Part shown: positions 1 through 12,176 of the stretch, one piece after another
Layout of the letters: each line of letters opens with the position of its first letter
Position numbering within the stretch: position 1 is the first letter of the stretch
Assembly (NCBI GenBank): GCA_002104905.1
Contig: MCFE01000134.1
Span: 62,001-126,000, forward strand
Origin: Basidiobolus meristosporus CBS 931.73
Taxonomy: Eukaryota > Fungi > Basidiobolomycota
Length of the DNA stretch: 64,000 nt
Reading direction: 5' to 3'
Notes under the pieces: generated by a model
Told to the model about the DNA's origin: nothing
Seen by the model: only the letters and a program-made list of their open reading frames with translations
Databases searched by the model: none
Translations under genes and position numbers: made by a program

Positions 1-3000
1 AGCGCTAAGAAAAGGCACCCAGATGTTTCTCATGGCAGCATTACAGGAGGATTCCTCTACTCCAGTACCCCAGAAGGTCCAGACTCTTTTGAAGGAGTAT
101 TCAGATGTATTTCCAGGTACGTTTGTAAGCCTACCACCAGTCAGAGACATGGATCATGCCATTGAAACAGGAGATAGCCCTCCAGCAAGTAAGACACATC
201 ATAGAATGAGTCCATTGGCGTTGCAAGAGATGAAGAGACAAACAGATCAGCTACTGGAGCAAGGATATATCAGATCCAGCAGGTGACCTTGGGGAACACC
301 AGTACTTTTTGTGAAGAATGATGTAGCAATTAGGATGTGCATTGACTACAGAGCCCTCAACTCAGTTACCATGAAGAATAAGTACCCCATACATTGGATT
401 GATGAGCTTTTGGACCAACTCAAAGAAGCCACTATTTTCAGCAAGATTGACCTCATGTCAGGATACGACCATATCAGGATGAAGCTAGAAGACACCCCTG
501 AGACAGCATTCAGGACCAAATATGGACATTACAAGTTCTTAGTCATGAGTATTGGCCTTACAAATGCCCCTACAACATTCATAATCCTGATGCAGGCTGT
601 CTTCCAGGAGTACTTAGACAAGTTTATGATAATCTACCTAGATGATGTATATATACTGCAAGACAGAAGAAGATCACTTGGTGCACATTGAAAAGGTCTT
701 GAAGAAACTAAGAGAGAACAAGCTCTATGGCAAGCTACTCAGGTGTGAATTCTTCAAGGAACACATTAAACATATGGGACACATAGCAACTAGCACAGGA
801 GTAACCTTAGACCCTTAGAAGGTTGAAGTTATCAAGAATCTGAAGCAGCCCCATAGCATATCAGAGCTTAGATCATTCATTGCAATGGTTTCCTATTATT
901 GCAGATTTGTTAAGTCTTTTGCAAGTATTGCAGCCCCTTTAACTAATATCCTCAAGAAAGACAAAACCTACAAGTGGGACATAGCGTGTGAGACTGCCTT
1001 CCAGATGCTGAAGAATGAACTTGCTAAGCTGCCAAGCTTAGGCATACCTGACTTCAGAAAAAAGTTTACATTGTGCACAGATGCTTCCAATTATGCAATT
1101 GGTGGAGTGTTGAGCCAAGAACACAAGGGAAAGGACTACCCTGTTGCCTTTGAATCCAAGAAACTGAGCTCAGCAGAACAAAACTATCCAGTGCATGAGA
1201 AGGAGATGTTTGCTATTATACACTGTTTGAAGACATGGATATGCTATGGTTAAGGAGTCAAATCCACTGTGAAGACTGATCATGCCTCCCTCAAGTATAT
1301 ATTTACTCAGAAGGTACTCTCTAGAAGAATGACAAGATGGAGTGAATACATTCAGCAATTTGACCTGGAGATTGTCTACTGCCCAGGAAAAAGCAACACA
1401 GTTGCTGACACCTTATCAAGATTGGAACAAGTTGCACAACTCAACTTGGTGCCTGATTCAGATTGGCCTAGCCTATTACCAAAGTACTTGGACAACTAAG
1501 CCACTCCTAATGAGGTGGATGAAGATATCAAGAAGATAATCCAGGATGAAGCCAGCAAATTTGTAGTACAGGATGAAACACTCTACCAAGTTATTGATGG
1601 AAGCCCTATTGCCTATTGCCCTTATGTTGCTTGCCTGGATTTAATACATAAGCTACACAAGGGATGTGGACATCTTGGAATTGAAGGAACCTATAGACTT
1701 GTGAGAGCCAGAGCATGGTGGCCCAGAATGAACCATGACATTGAGAAGCTAGTGAAAACATGTCCAAATTGCCAAATCAACTAAGGCCAACCACAGAGAA
1801 ATGCTGATCTCTTTCCCTTGGAGCCTGTAAGACCATTTGGAAGATGGGGAATTGACTTTATTGGCAGACCGCCAACTATCAGGAAATTCAACCCTTGGAT
1901 CCTAGTAGCAATTGACCATGCCACTAAATGGCCAGTGGCTAAAGCTGTACCTATAGCCAGTGAACAAGATGTTGCAAGTTTCATCTACCATGAGATCCCT
2001 ATGAAGTTTAGGTGCCCTGTGGAGATTCCATCTGATAGAGGTGCAAACTTTATGGCAAAGACATTGGATACTTACCTGGAAATGCAGCCAATCAAACACA
2101 AGAAAATCTTGGCTTATCACCCTAGAACTAATGGAGTCACTGAACGGTTTAATGGATTATTTGCAGAAATGCTGACCAAGAATGCAAATGGAGTTGTCAG
2201 TTGATGGGATGAGTATATAGACCAAGCACTTGTTGCATGCAGAGGCAGAGTACACCACACTACACAATAATTGCCACTTTACCTAGTGTATGGATGTGAA
2301 CCAAGGATTCCAGGAGATCTCACACAACCAAAGCTTGCCAACACCTTAGAAGATGAGCTCAGTCAGCCAAGTAGACATCAGCAACTGGAACAAAGACGTC
2401 AAGAGGCACAGACCAAAGTATTTCAAAGTGCAGAAAAGATGAAGCAGAGATCTGATAAGACTATAGCACCAGAAGCATTGACAGTTGGGAACTTTGTGTT
2501 GCTAAGAAACAATACTTGGAAGAAGTTTGGGCCACAATGGACAGGACCATTCAAGATCATCAGAGAATGTCCATTTGTAACTTACCAACTAGTAGACAAA
2601 CAGGGCAATATCAGGGAAGACTTACTGCATAGGGACAGTATAAGTATATAGACCAAGCACTCTTTGCATGCAGAGTCAGAGTATACAACACTATCCAGCA
2701 ATCACCATTTTACTTAATGTACGGATGTGAACCAAGGATTCCAGGAGATCTCACACAACCCAAGCTTACAGATGCCTTAGAAGATGAACTTAGTCTGCCA
2801 AGTAGACACCAGCAACTGGAACAAAGATGTCAAGAGGCACAGACCAAAGTATCTCAAAGTGCAGAAAAGATGAAGCAGAGATTTGATAAGACTATAGCAC
2901 CAGAAGCGTTGACAGTTGGGAACTTTGTATTGCTAAGAAACAACACTTGGAAGAAGTTTGAGCCACAATGAACAGGACCATTCAAGATCATCAGAGAATG

Positions 3001-3170
3001 TCCATGTGCAACTTACCAACTGGTGGACAAACAAGGTAATATCTGGGAAGACTTAGAGCATAGGGACAGACTCAAGCTTGCAAGACTTACTGATAACACT
3101 GAACCATCAAGATATTGGTATCACAACAAAAGAGACTAAGGAGAACCATCTCAACTTTAGTAGGGGAGAA
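1..3170 (+). pseudogene. Degenerate Ty3/Gypsy pol (RT, RNase H, integrase with GPF motif); 5' part lies outside the window
   Basis: ORF fragments in Gypsy order RT-RH-IN: YLDD (311-691), TDASNYAIGGVLSQ...NYPVHEKEM (885-1253), H-H-C-C integrase zinc finger (1515-1784), WGIDFIG...SDRGANF...YHPRTNGVTER (1818-2204), WTGPFKI; broken by many stops. Confidence 0.95.
2208..3069 (+). repeat. Tandem duplication (2 x 431 bp) of the integrase C-terminal region
   Basis: AGTATATAGACCAAGCACT at 2212 and 2643; TAGGGACAG at 2630 and 3061; ORFs 2271-2651 and 2717-2971 are near-duplicates. Confidence 0.9.
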
Positions 3171-3539
3171 TGTTATGATCTGCAGCTTGAGTGGTTAATT
3201 TAGATTAGCTTTTAGTGATACCAATTAGTTATATGTTTAGCTTATCAGTAGATCATTCTTATTTATCAAATCAGTAGCATTAGTCAGCAAATGAATCAGC
3301 AGATCCTTACCAGACAGAGATTGATATCCTAAGTAGGATCTTTTTGGGTGGTGATGATTCAATCAAATAAGTGATCAGCCACAGCCTACATTAGGTAATT
3401 CAATTAGTCAGCAATTGATCTGGCAAAATGTATATAAGGAGCTGCTGGAACCTCAATAAAGATAAGTTCAAGTTTTAGTGAATACAATACTAGCTAAACT
3501 CCTTATTCCTCCACAACTCTTATACCAAGACTTGTAACA
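3171..3539 (+). repeat. 3' LTR (369 bp, family LTR369) of the Gypsy element, preceded by a PPT
   Basis: TGTTA...TAACA termini; purine tract AGTAGGGGAGAA immediately upstream; TATATAA and AATAAA inside; further copies elsewhere in the window. Confidence 0.92.
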
Positions 3540-4600
3540 CTATAAGCCATTGGCCAGCATATGGAATTAATTAGAAACCAGAGATACTTAAAGTAGAAGG
3601 TAGTTGTTGGAGCCAAAACTCAACACCAAGAGCAATGAATTTACTTTTCAATAATATCCTTATACTGATGACCAAGTTGTACATGGGGCATTTCAAGCTA
3701 AGTGAGCCCTTTGAGATACAGGAGAAATCTGAAAGAATTGGCAAGTTATTGCAATGTATCTGCTACCATAAGTAGTTCTCACAGGCTCCAATCAACATCC
3801 ATACACATTTGTGACAATACCAGTGCATGGACTGGGTGAACCAGATATGTACTTATTGAAGTGGCCATCTGAAGCCATTTCTACCAACAGTACATTGTAA
3901 GCATTGGAAGTCATATGTGGCCATTGCACAGGGAGTTTGTGCCAGGATTTAAGTTGCTATACTACAAGCATAAAGCTGAGTGTGTAGATCTCTGCTATTA
4001 ATGTATCCATTCTCTACTCCATCTTGCACACTGTGTGGAGAATATTAGGCCTTGCTTCACCTCTTGTATGCATCTGGTACCCAACACTCACGGCACTATC
4101 TTGATCTACTGATACTATATGACACTATTCTTGAATATTAGCACTGAAGCAGAACCTGCATAATGCATATGCAGTGCCAGACAGTACAGTTCCTTCACTA
4201 ACACTTGGACCAATCTTCTTGTGCTGAAATACACCTGTTACTGGTCAATGCAAAACTGAGGCATCTGTTTCTGCCTACTTGTCCCTTGCTGATACTCTCC
4301 TGGCTTGATGATACTTTTTGCAGCTTGCTTTCAACTTTCAACCCTGATAGTAACAATCTCTTGAGGGAGCTGCTGGTTTTTAGCCATAGCACTCTTATTC
4401 TTCTACCTTTGATAGTCTCTGCTATGTTTGAGAGATATTTTTGGCATATCAGTGGTTGCCAAAAATTCATTACCTTGCTTAAATCCATGATGATAAGCTG
4501 GCTGCTTGGATAGTGCTCTGAATTGCCAACCAGTTGACAGTCCTGGAGCAATCTGGTACTTGTATGTTTACTCAATCATACTTTAACTGCCCAGAATAAT
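3540..4600. pseudogene. Fragments of the CMC/CACTA-like transposon (transposase piece on +, ~3540-4200; second-gene piece on -, ~4200-4600)
   Basis: 3545-4100 aligns by eye to 27560-28250 (transposase); ORF 4198-4575 resembles 45716-45931. Boundaries approximate. Confidence 0.65.
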
Positions 4601-6108
4601 GCTCTTTGTACCTTACTCACTGCTCATAATACTCTATTCATACTTATTGCAGTAGATGTCTTCTATGAATTCACTGCGCATTAATAAATATCTTGACAAT
4701 TCTACATATTCTACTGCTTTCCCAATATAGGACATTCCTCTGTATCTATGTCTCAGCTTGCTATACCTCTATAGTTGTACAAATGCATGCTCCGCTCTCA
4801 TTCAGAATTGATGAGATATCCCATCTTACAGATTCTGCTTCCTGCTGAGCATACCATTCCTGGGCTTCCATTTACATGAAATAAATGCCTATATTGGACA
4901 AACCTCTCATTTATAAGCTAGGTATTCCATGCAATTCTCCCTGCTACTGAATTCGGAATGGTTCCACACTCAGTGTGTTTCAACATGCCTAATTACAGTT
5001 CCTGTGATGGTAGCAAAGCTAATCAAGGGATCTCCTTGAATAGATTGTATTAGATGCTCCACCAAACTTGAGTTGAATCTCCTCTACATGTCAAATAGAA
5101 GTCAAGAGGTAGTAATATGATCAGTAAGAGAAGACAATTCAAGTGAGTAAGTCATACTGAGACTGATGAGCGAGTATATCAGAATGAGTTGAATCAATTG
5201 TGATCAGTCTAATTATCTCTCAATGCATTACAATTTAATCCCTACTAACTTCCACATATCTCATCAGTCTGCTGTGAAATCATCCTGAAATATTGTCTTG
5301 GTGATATCTTTGATTAATCATTTACCAGCTGATAATAACATAAAAAATGCGCAAGTGATATGATCTGATCCATTTCAATACAGATCAGCATACAACAAGC
5401 AATTTATATTGAAATTTCAGCAATCACATTGGTTAACATACACTTTATATAAGGCCAGGTTGATGGCAACGTACCACTGTATGAGTATCCAAATGTGCCA
5501 CCATGGTCCTATAACTTACTATCAACTCACCTTTAGTAAAATCTAGAAAAAAATATCTGCAAGCTCAGTAGTGCTGTCCACATCAGAAAAGCTGATGTTG
5601 TTGCAATTTAAGAAGTGATTTGGATATAAGGAACTTATCACGAAATAGTGATAATAGTTGAACTGTTGTTTATTCATAAAGAAGCTCAGTATTTATACCT
5701 TTGTAGAAGTAATACAGCTGCAACACTAAGTAGGGAGGGTTTCTCTGTTGCAATTTAAGAAGTGATTTGGATATAAGGAACTTATCAAGAAATAGTGATA
5801 ATAGTTGAACTGTTGTTTATTCATAAAGAAGCTCAGTATTTATACCTTTGTAGAAGTAATACAGCTGCAACACTAAGTAGGGAGGGTTTCTCAATATTCA
5901 GGAGCATTCTGTAACAGTTTCAGGGTTAGTACATAATGTTTGGTAATAGTGCTAATTTGATCCTGACTATAGGGGAATAATCATAAGATCATATATCTGG
6001 AGAAAGTGGCAAAGTTAAGGTAGTAAATGAGTCCTACAGTGACTAAGACTAGCCTAGAATTGTTAAGTAAATTTTTAGCTGCTGAATGATACCAAATAGT
6101 CCAATATT

Positions 6109-9100
6109 TCAACACTCCCCCTCAACTAAATAATTTCTTAATCCCAATTTCTCTCTAAGGATCTCAAACTGTGGCCTAGCTAGTGGTTTTGTCAATATGT
6201 CTGCCACCATTTTGTCAGTTGGGCAGTAAACCAGCTCTACTAAGTTATTTTCTACAGCTTCCCTCACAAAGTGATGCTGTATATCAATGTGCTTAGTTCT
6301 GGCATGATTAGTAGGATTTCTAGCTAATGAAATACAACTTTGATTATCCTTGTAAATACATGTTGGTTCACCTGAATTAAAACCTAAGTCTTTGAATAAT
6401 TTTTGTAGCCATATAGCCTCCTTAGTTGCTTGACATGCAGCCATATATTCGGCTTCAGTTGTAGATAGTGCCACAGTTGGTTGTTTCTTGCAATTCCAAG
6501 TAATAGCTGCACCAGCATAAAGAAATACATAGCCTGTGGTAGAGCGTCTGTCAATCAAATCCCTACCCCAATCTGAATCACTATAACCATCAAATTTTTG
6601 CCTATTTGCTGCTCCAGAGTATTCCAGTACCATATTTATGGTACCTTGTAGATATCTGAAAATCCGCTTAACTGCTGCAATTTGATCTGATCCATAATTC
6701 TGCATGAATTGACTGACTATTCCAACTGCTACTGCAATATCTGGACGTGTAGACACCATCAAGTACATTAGGCTACCAACCATTGATTGATAGCAAAAGC
6801 TTTGGTCCATATTTGAGCCGTTTTCATCTATAACTGGCTGAGATTTGCTTAATTTCAGGTTATTGTCCATAGGGGTTGCTGCCGGTTTGCAATTTTCCAT
6901 TTTGAAGCGTCTAAGAATGTCCCTGATGTACTTAGACTGATTCAGCACAATTTTCTGCGTAGGTATGTCAAATTTGACCTCAATTCCAAGAAAATAGCTC
7001 AATTTTCCAAGATCTTTCATCTCAAACTTGCTGAAGAGATCTGATTTCGTCTGTTTAAGTGCCTCTTGATCACTTGTAGCTATAATTAGGTCGTCCACAT
7101 AAAGAACTAGGATGATCACACCCTTTTTGAGCTGTTTCACATATATACTGTGATCTGCAGTGCTACGAGAGAACCCAATTTCCTCTAGATATGTGTCAAT
7201 CTTGTTATACCATGCTCTGGGTGCCTGCTTAAGCCCATACAACGATTTTCTAAGTTTGCACACCTTATGGGGGCTTTTTGGATTGGTAAAACCTTCTGGT
7301 TGCTCCATATATATAGTTTCTTGCAAATCCCCATTTAGAAAGGCTGTTTTGACGTCCATTTGGTGTAGATCTAGACTGTGTACAGCTGCCAGGGCTAGAA
7401 CTGTCCTAATAGAGTTAAACTTGGCAACCGGAGCAAATGTTTCCTTAAAGTCTAGTCCCTGGATCTGGGAATAGCCTTTAGCTACCAATCTAGCCTTGTA
7501 CTTATCAACGGCACCATTTGAGGTTATCTTGATCTTGTAGACCCATCTACATCCTATTGGCTTTCTCCCATTTGGTAAATCTACCAGTTCCCACGTTTTT
7601 GCCTTGATCAGTGATTGGTACTCCTCCTGCATGGCTTGTTGCCACTTAGTAGCATCTGGACCTTGCATTGCCTGTTCCAGATTCTGAGGTTTGGCACATA
7701 AGGCAAGATAAGCTTCTTCATGATCATTGGATGTCTGCCACCAGGATCCAAGGGCATTTCTTATTCTGGTAGATCTCCTAACTGGGATAATCTGCTCTGA
7801 TCTGGAACTGGTAGAAGTATCTTCCATCTCTGGCTGGATTTGGTACGTATCTTCTTCATTTGTGTTGATTGCATCATCAGGCAGCTGGCCAATGATTTCT
7901 GTGGCTTTCTGATCTGAATTTTCCTCAAATACAACGTCCCTGCTCTTGATCAGCTTCTGTATTTTGCCATCATACACTCTATACCCTTTAGTATCTTCAC
8001 AATACCCAAGAAAGATCCCTTTTCTACTCTTTGGTTCCAACTTTGAGCGTTTTTTGTCAGGGATGTGATAAAAAACATCACTGCCAAAGATCCTGAGGTG
8101 CTGGAGATCTGGTTTTTTGCCTGTATATGCTTCAAAGGGTGTAGAATCACGTAGTGCTGTTGTTGGGCATCTGTTCTTGATGTATACAGCGGTAGCAACA
8201 GATTCAGCCCAAAACTTGTAGTCCATTCCCTTATCATGTAGCATAGATCTTCCCATCTCTACTATTGTTCTGTTTGCACGTTCTGCTACTCCATTTTGCT
8301 GCGGAGTATGAGAAACTGTGGTCTGTTGAAGTATACCAGTAGACAAGCAGTATTTTGCAAACTCCTTTGAGCAGTATTCTCCTCCATTGTCACTTCGTAG
8401 TACCTTCAATTTACACCCAGTTTGTGTTTCTGCCATGTTCTTGAAGTGCTTAAACGTCTCTAAAGCTTCATCCTTTGTTTTGAGGAAGTACACCCATGTA
8501 TATCTTGTCTTGTCATCAATAAACGTCATAAAGTATCTCTTGGCTCCAAAGGACAGTGTTCTCATGGGGCCACATATGTCTGAGTGTACAATAGCCAATA
8601 TTTCGGTGGTATTGATGCCTTCTGAGCTCTTGAAACGTTGCCTAGCTTGGTTGCCATATGAACATCCCTTACAAACATTCAATTTGATCGGAATTGAGTA
8701 TTTTAGGCCCAAAACAAGCTGATTTTTCACCAATTGGCTCATTTTCTGTTCCCCTATGTGTCCTAGCCTCCTATGCCACGTCTCCCAGTTGGTTTCATCA
8801 GTTTCAGCAATGTTGACATACTCAGGTACAATGATCTTGCATTGCAACTTGTATATATTGTGATCTCTGATTCCCGAAGCTAATTTTTGTCCATTTTCAC
8901 TCAATATTGAGCAGCTCAGCTTAGTAAAAACAAATTTCAGTCCCTGAGTAGTTGCTTTACTGACTGAGAGTAGGTTCTTAGCTATTCCAGGTACATAGAG
9001 TACGTCAGTCAGTTTTGCTGTTGTTGCCCCTGAGTTATCACTCATATTTAGTTGTATAGACCCACTGGTGGTAGCTTCCAATGCAGAGTTATCTCCCAGA

Positions 9101-10026
9101 TAAACCTTTCTTACGGGAATAGTCTTTAAGTTGCCGAACCAATCCTTTATACCACAAATATGCTGTGATGCTCCAGAGTCAATATACCATTCATTACTTT
9201 GGTTACTTGCACTCTCTTGTACAGTGACAAATAGCTGTTCATCAGTAGTTATATGGTTTGCCTGCTCTAGTTTCTGTTTTTCGTCTGCTTGTTTCTTCTT
9301 GCATTCTCTTGCCCAGTGTCCTGGCTTCTTACAGTAGTTACAGCAGCCAGGTTTTCTTCGGTTTTGTTGCTTTCCCTTCTTTTCTGTATGCCTTTCTGAG
9401 CTGAATAAAGCATTATCTTCAATTTTCTCTGCTTGATCATTACGTCTGAGTTCTTCATGGAGAAGTCTTCCTTTGACATAGTCTAAAGTCAAGTTGTCTT
9501 CTCTGCTTTCAAAAGAAAGTATGAGTGGCTCATACTCCTCTGGTAGGCTGCAAAGCAGACAGAGTATCTTTTCTTCATCATCTACACCAGCATTAATACT
9601 GTAAAGTTCTTCTGCAAGTGTCTCCATTCTGGTAATGAGTTGTAGCATGTCATCATCTGGCTTTTTTCTCATGTTGAAGAACTTTCGTTTCAAATAAAGC
9701 TTGCTTGATACTGACTTTGCTCTAATGATCTTCTCCAAGGATTCCCATGCTGCTTTGGCAGTATTTGAGGCATGGATTTGTCCAATGAAGGAGTCTTGCA
9801 CATTGATGCATATTGCATTGAAGGCCTTTCTCTCCTTCTCTTGAAATTTCTCCACATCTTCTGCTGTTCCTTTGGGCTCAACTTCCTTTCCTGTTACTAT
9901 GTTCCAAAGCTTTCTTTCTTCAAGGTGGATCTGCATCTTGATTCTCCAAAGTCTGTAGTTCTTCCCATCAAACCTCTCCTTTACAGGGAAGATGTTGGTA
10001 TTGCTTTGTTTGCTGGTAGAAGTCAT
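6109..10026 (-). CDS. Copia gag-pol polyprotein, 1305 aa (gag, CCHC knuckle, protease, integrase, RT, RNase H)
   Basis: CNYCKKPGHWAREC, WYIDSGASQH, HRRLGH...CKGC, HSDICGP...RSDNGGEY...QQNGVAER, QMDVKTAFLNG, LYVDDLII, YSDSDWG...EAEY; Copia order IN-RT-RH; the stop codon lies in the first bases of the 3' LTR. Confidence 0.98.
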   Translation of the reverse strand: MTSTSKQSNTNIFPVKERFDGKNYRLWRIKMQIHLEERKLWNIVTGKEVEPKGTAEDVEKFQEKERKAFNAICINVQDSFIGQIHASNTAKAAWESLEKIIRAKSVSSKLYLKRKFFNMRKKPDDDMLQLITRMETLAEELYSINAGVDDEEKILCLLCSLPEEYEPLILSFESREDNLTLDYVKGRLLHEELRRNDQAEKIEDNALFSSERHTEKKGKQQNRRKPGCCNYCKKPGHWARECKKKQADEKQKLEQANHITTDEQLFVTVQESASNQSNEWYIDSGASQHICGIKDWFGNLKTIPVRKVYLGDNSALEATTSGSIQLNMSDNSGATTAKLTDVLYVPGIAKNLLSVSKATTQGLKFVFTKLSCSILSENGQKLASGIRDHNIYKLQCKIIVPEYVNIAETDETNWETWHRRLGHIGEQKMSQLVKNQLVLGLKYSIPIKLNVCKGCSYGNQARQRFKSSEGINTTEILAIVHSDICGPMRTLSFGAKRYFMTFIDDKTRYTWVYFLKTKDEALETFKHFKNMAETQTGCKLKVLRSDNGGEYCSKEFAKYCLSTGILQQTTVSHTPQQNGVAERANRTIVEMGRSMLHDKGMDYKFWAESVATAVYIKNRCPTTALRDSTPFEAYTGKKPDLQHLRIFGSDVFYHIPDKKRSKLEPKSRKGIFLGYCEDTKGYRVYDGKIQKLIKSRDVVFEENSDQKATEIIGQLPDDAINTNEEDTYQIQPEMEDTSTSSRSEQIIPVRRSTRIRNALGSWWQTSNDHEEAYLALCAKPQNLEQAMQGPDATKWQQAMQEEYQSLIKAKTWELVDLPNGRKPIGCRWVYKIKITSNGAVDKYKARLVAKGYSQIQGLDFKETFAPVAKFNSIRTVLALAAVHSLDLHQMDVKTAFLNGDLQETIYMEQPEGFTNPKSPHKVCKLRKSLYGLKQAPRAWYNKIDTYLEEIGFSRSTADHSIYVKQLKKGVIILVLYVDDLIIATSDQEALKQTKSDLFSKFEMKDLGKLSYFLGIEVKFDIPTQKIVLNQSKYIRDILRRFKMENCKPAATPMDNNLKLSKSQPVIDENGSNMDQSFCYQSMVGSLMYLMVSTRPDIAVAVGIVSQFMQNYGSDQIAAVKRIFRYLQGTINMVLEYSGAANRQKFDGYSDSDWGRDLIDRRSTTGYVFLYAGAAITWNCKKQPTVALSTTEAEYMAACQATKEAIWLQKLFKDLGFNSGEPTCIYKDNQSCISLARNPTNHARTKHIDIQHHFVREAVENNLVELVYCPTDKMVADILTKPLARPQFEILREKLGLRNYLVEGEC
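6115..6123 (-). promoter_or_regulatory. Polypurine tract GAGGGGGAG of the Copia element
   Basis: Immediately upstream of the 3' LTR TG; also at 12700-12707 (-) and ~17318-17326 (+). Confidence 0.85.
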
Positions 10027-10050
10027 CTTTAGAATAGATTAAGGCAATCG

Positions 10051-10062
10051 GGGCTCATAACC
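10051..10062 (-). promoter_or_regulatory. Primer-binding site GGTTATGAGCCC (anticodon arm of tRNAi-Met; half-tRNA priming)
   Basis: Directly abuts the 5' LTR; its complement GGGCTCATAACC is the initiator tRNA-Met anticodon stem-loop, as in Ty5/copia. Second copy at 18989-19000. Confidence 0.85.
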
Positions 10063-11463
10063 TGTTGCAATTTAAGAAGTGATTTGGATATAAGGAACTT
10101 ATCAAGAAATAGTGATAATAGTTGAACTGTTGTTTATTCATAAAGAAGCTCAGTATTTATACCTTTGTAGAAGTAATACAGCTGCAACACTAAGTAGGGA
10201 GGGTTTCTCAATATTCAGGAGCATTCTGTAACAGTTTCAGGGTTAGTACATAATGTTTGGTAATAGTGCTAATTTGATCCTGACTATAGGGGAATAATCA
10301 TAAGATCATATATCTGGAGAAAGTGGTGAAGTTAAGGCAGTAAATGAGTCCTACAGTGACTAAGACTAGCCTAGAATTGTTAAGTAAATTTTTAGCTGCT
10401 GAATGATACCAAATAGTCCAATATTTCAACATTCTCAATATTCAGGAGCATTCTGTAACTGTTTCAGGGTTAGTACATAATGTTTGGTAATAGTGCTAAT
10501 TTGATCCTGACTATAGGGGAATAATCATAAGATCATATATCTGGAGAAAGTGGCAAAGTTAAGGCAGTAAATGAGTCCTACAGTGACTAAGACTAGCCTA
10601 GAATTGTTAAGTAAATTTTTAGCTGCTGAATGATACCAAATAGTCCAATATTTCAACAGATGTTTGAACCGTTTGAGCACATGGCAAATAGCTTTGGTAT
10701 ATCCCAAGTGTCTATAGCAAGCATTCATTCAAATATTTGAACATTAGTCAGTAATCTAGCAGAAATGGATACCTCAGTGAGCTGACAGTCATAGATAAAT
10801 TTGAGCAAGATGCTGTATACTGAGATTGCTATCAAAATGCCAGCAGATGTATGCAAGTAGCCATACAACACGGCAAGCACTCAATGCAAGAATCAACTGC
10901 AAGCAAGAGGGTTTGATGAGGAGGCTGTGTGCTAGCAATTTTGCATGCTATTTTCCCAATATAGACCAAACTACTCCCAATGTGCCTCAACTTGCAACCT
11001 GAGCTGATTTTGAGCAGGCTTCCCCTAAAAAGACTAAAATACTGCTCAATTTATGGTAGAGGTAAATGGCTTCCAAGAGCAACATACACAGGACTCACCA
11101 AGGCAACTTTTTGGGGTACCAATCAGAGGAAATGTCAATACATTGATGAATCAAAAAGTTAGCTTCAGCAGGAAGAATACAGACCACAGACAACTGCATT
11201 GAAACATTTGAGACAGAACCCTATCAACAAATGTACTACATTTTTACACGTTATCTGTGACACCAGTGCAACAATTCAATATTTCCTGTAGCTATACAAC
11301 TGGCTAAGTGCTAGCTGTGATACCTTGAGAAGCTGCTAGAAACAGGGATATACATGCTACATAGGCAAGATGGGATATTTGTAGGCAAATCTGATAGCTT
11401 GTGAGCTGGACAATAAGCCATTGTGAGGTCTCCCTATGCTGCCCACTGGTAGCTATGGTATTG

Positions 11464-11832
11464 TGTTATGATATACCACTTGAATGTTTAAGTTAGATCA
11501 GTTTTTAGTCAAATCAATTAGTTGTAAATTTAGCTTACCGGCATATCAGTGTTATCTATCAAATCAGTAGCATTAGTCAGCAAATGAATTAGCAGATCCT
11601 TATCAGACAGAAATAGATGTACCAAGTAGGAACTTATTGGGTCATGATGACGCAATCAAATGAGTTATCAGTCACAGCTAACATTAGGGAATACATTTAG
11701 TCATCAATTGATCTGGCAAAATGTAAATATGAAGCTGCTAGAACCTCAAAAAAAATCAGTTCAAGTTTTAGTGAATACAATACTAGCTAAACTCCCTAAT
11801 CTTCTACAACTCCTATACCAAGACTTGTAACA
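11464..11832 (+). repeat. Solo LTR369
   Basis: 369 bp, TG...CA, similar to 3171-3539; flanks ATTG/AGTG (4-bp TSD with one mismatch). Confidence 0.85.
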
Positions 11833-12176
11833 AGTGTACAAAGTTGCTTGTAGCTACTGCTGATTGTGATGCATGCACTGGCACACTATATGGGACATGC
11901 TTAATGCTGATGGAACAGATTAAATATATTCTGCCTGGCATTGATTTCCTGATTGTCCTGTTGCAAATTGAGAAGTGATTTTGTCTAATGAGCTTATAAA
12001 GAAATAGTGAAAATAGTTGAACTGTTGTTCATTCATAAAGAAGCTCAGTATTTATACCTCTCTAGAAGTAATGCAACTGTAACACTAAGTAAGGAGAGCT
12101 TCCCAACACTCTGAAGCATACTGCAAAAGCTTCAGGCTTAGTACATAATGCCTGGTAACAGTGCTAATTTGATCCT

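Larger units (their letters stand above)
5746..10431 (-). mobile_element. Intact full-length Ty1/Copia LTR retrotransposon
   Basis: 369-bp LTRs 5746-6114 and 10063-10431 with 3 mismatches; TG...CA ends; 5-bp TSD TTCTC (5741-5745, 10432-10436); PBS, PPT and an uninterrupted ORF. Confidence 0.98.
5599..10658 (-). mobile_element. Solo Copia LTR (5599-5745 + 10432-10658) split by insertion of a full-length element of the same family
   Basis: The two parts minus the 5-bp TSD sum to 369 bp; outer TSD GATGT at 5594-5598 and 10659-10663. Confidence 0.93.

Noticed and set aside
4600-5598. CpG-poor stretch, continuing at 10659-11460, as a possible decayed gene
   Set aside because: No translatable motif recognised; probably an eroded repeat that cannot be assigned by eye.
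3171-10431. Copia and Gypsy LTR families are both exactly 369 bp
   Set aside because: No sequence similarity between them and different TSD lengths (5 versus 4 bp); treated as coincidence.
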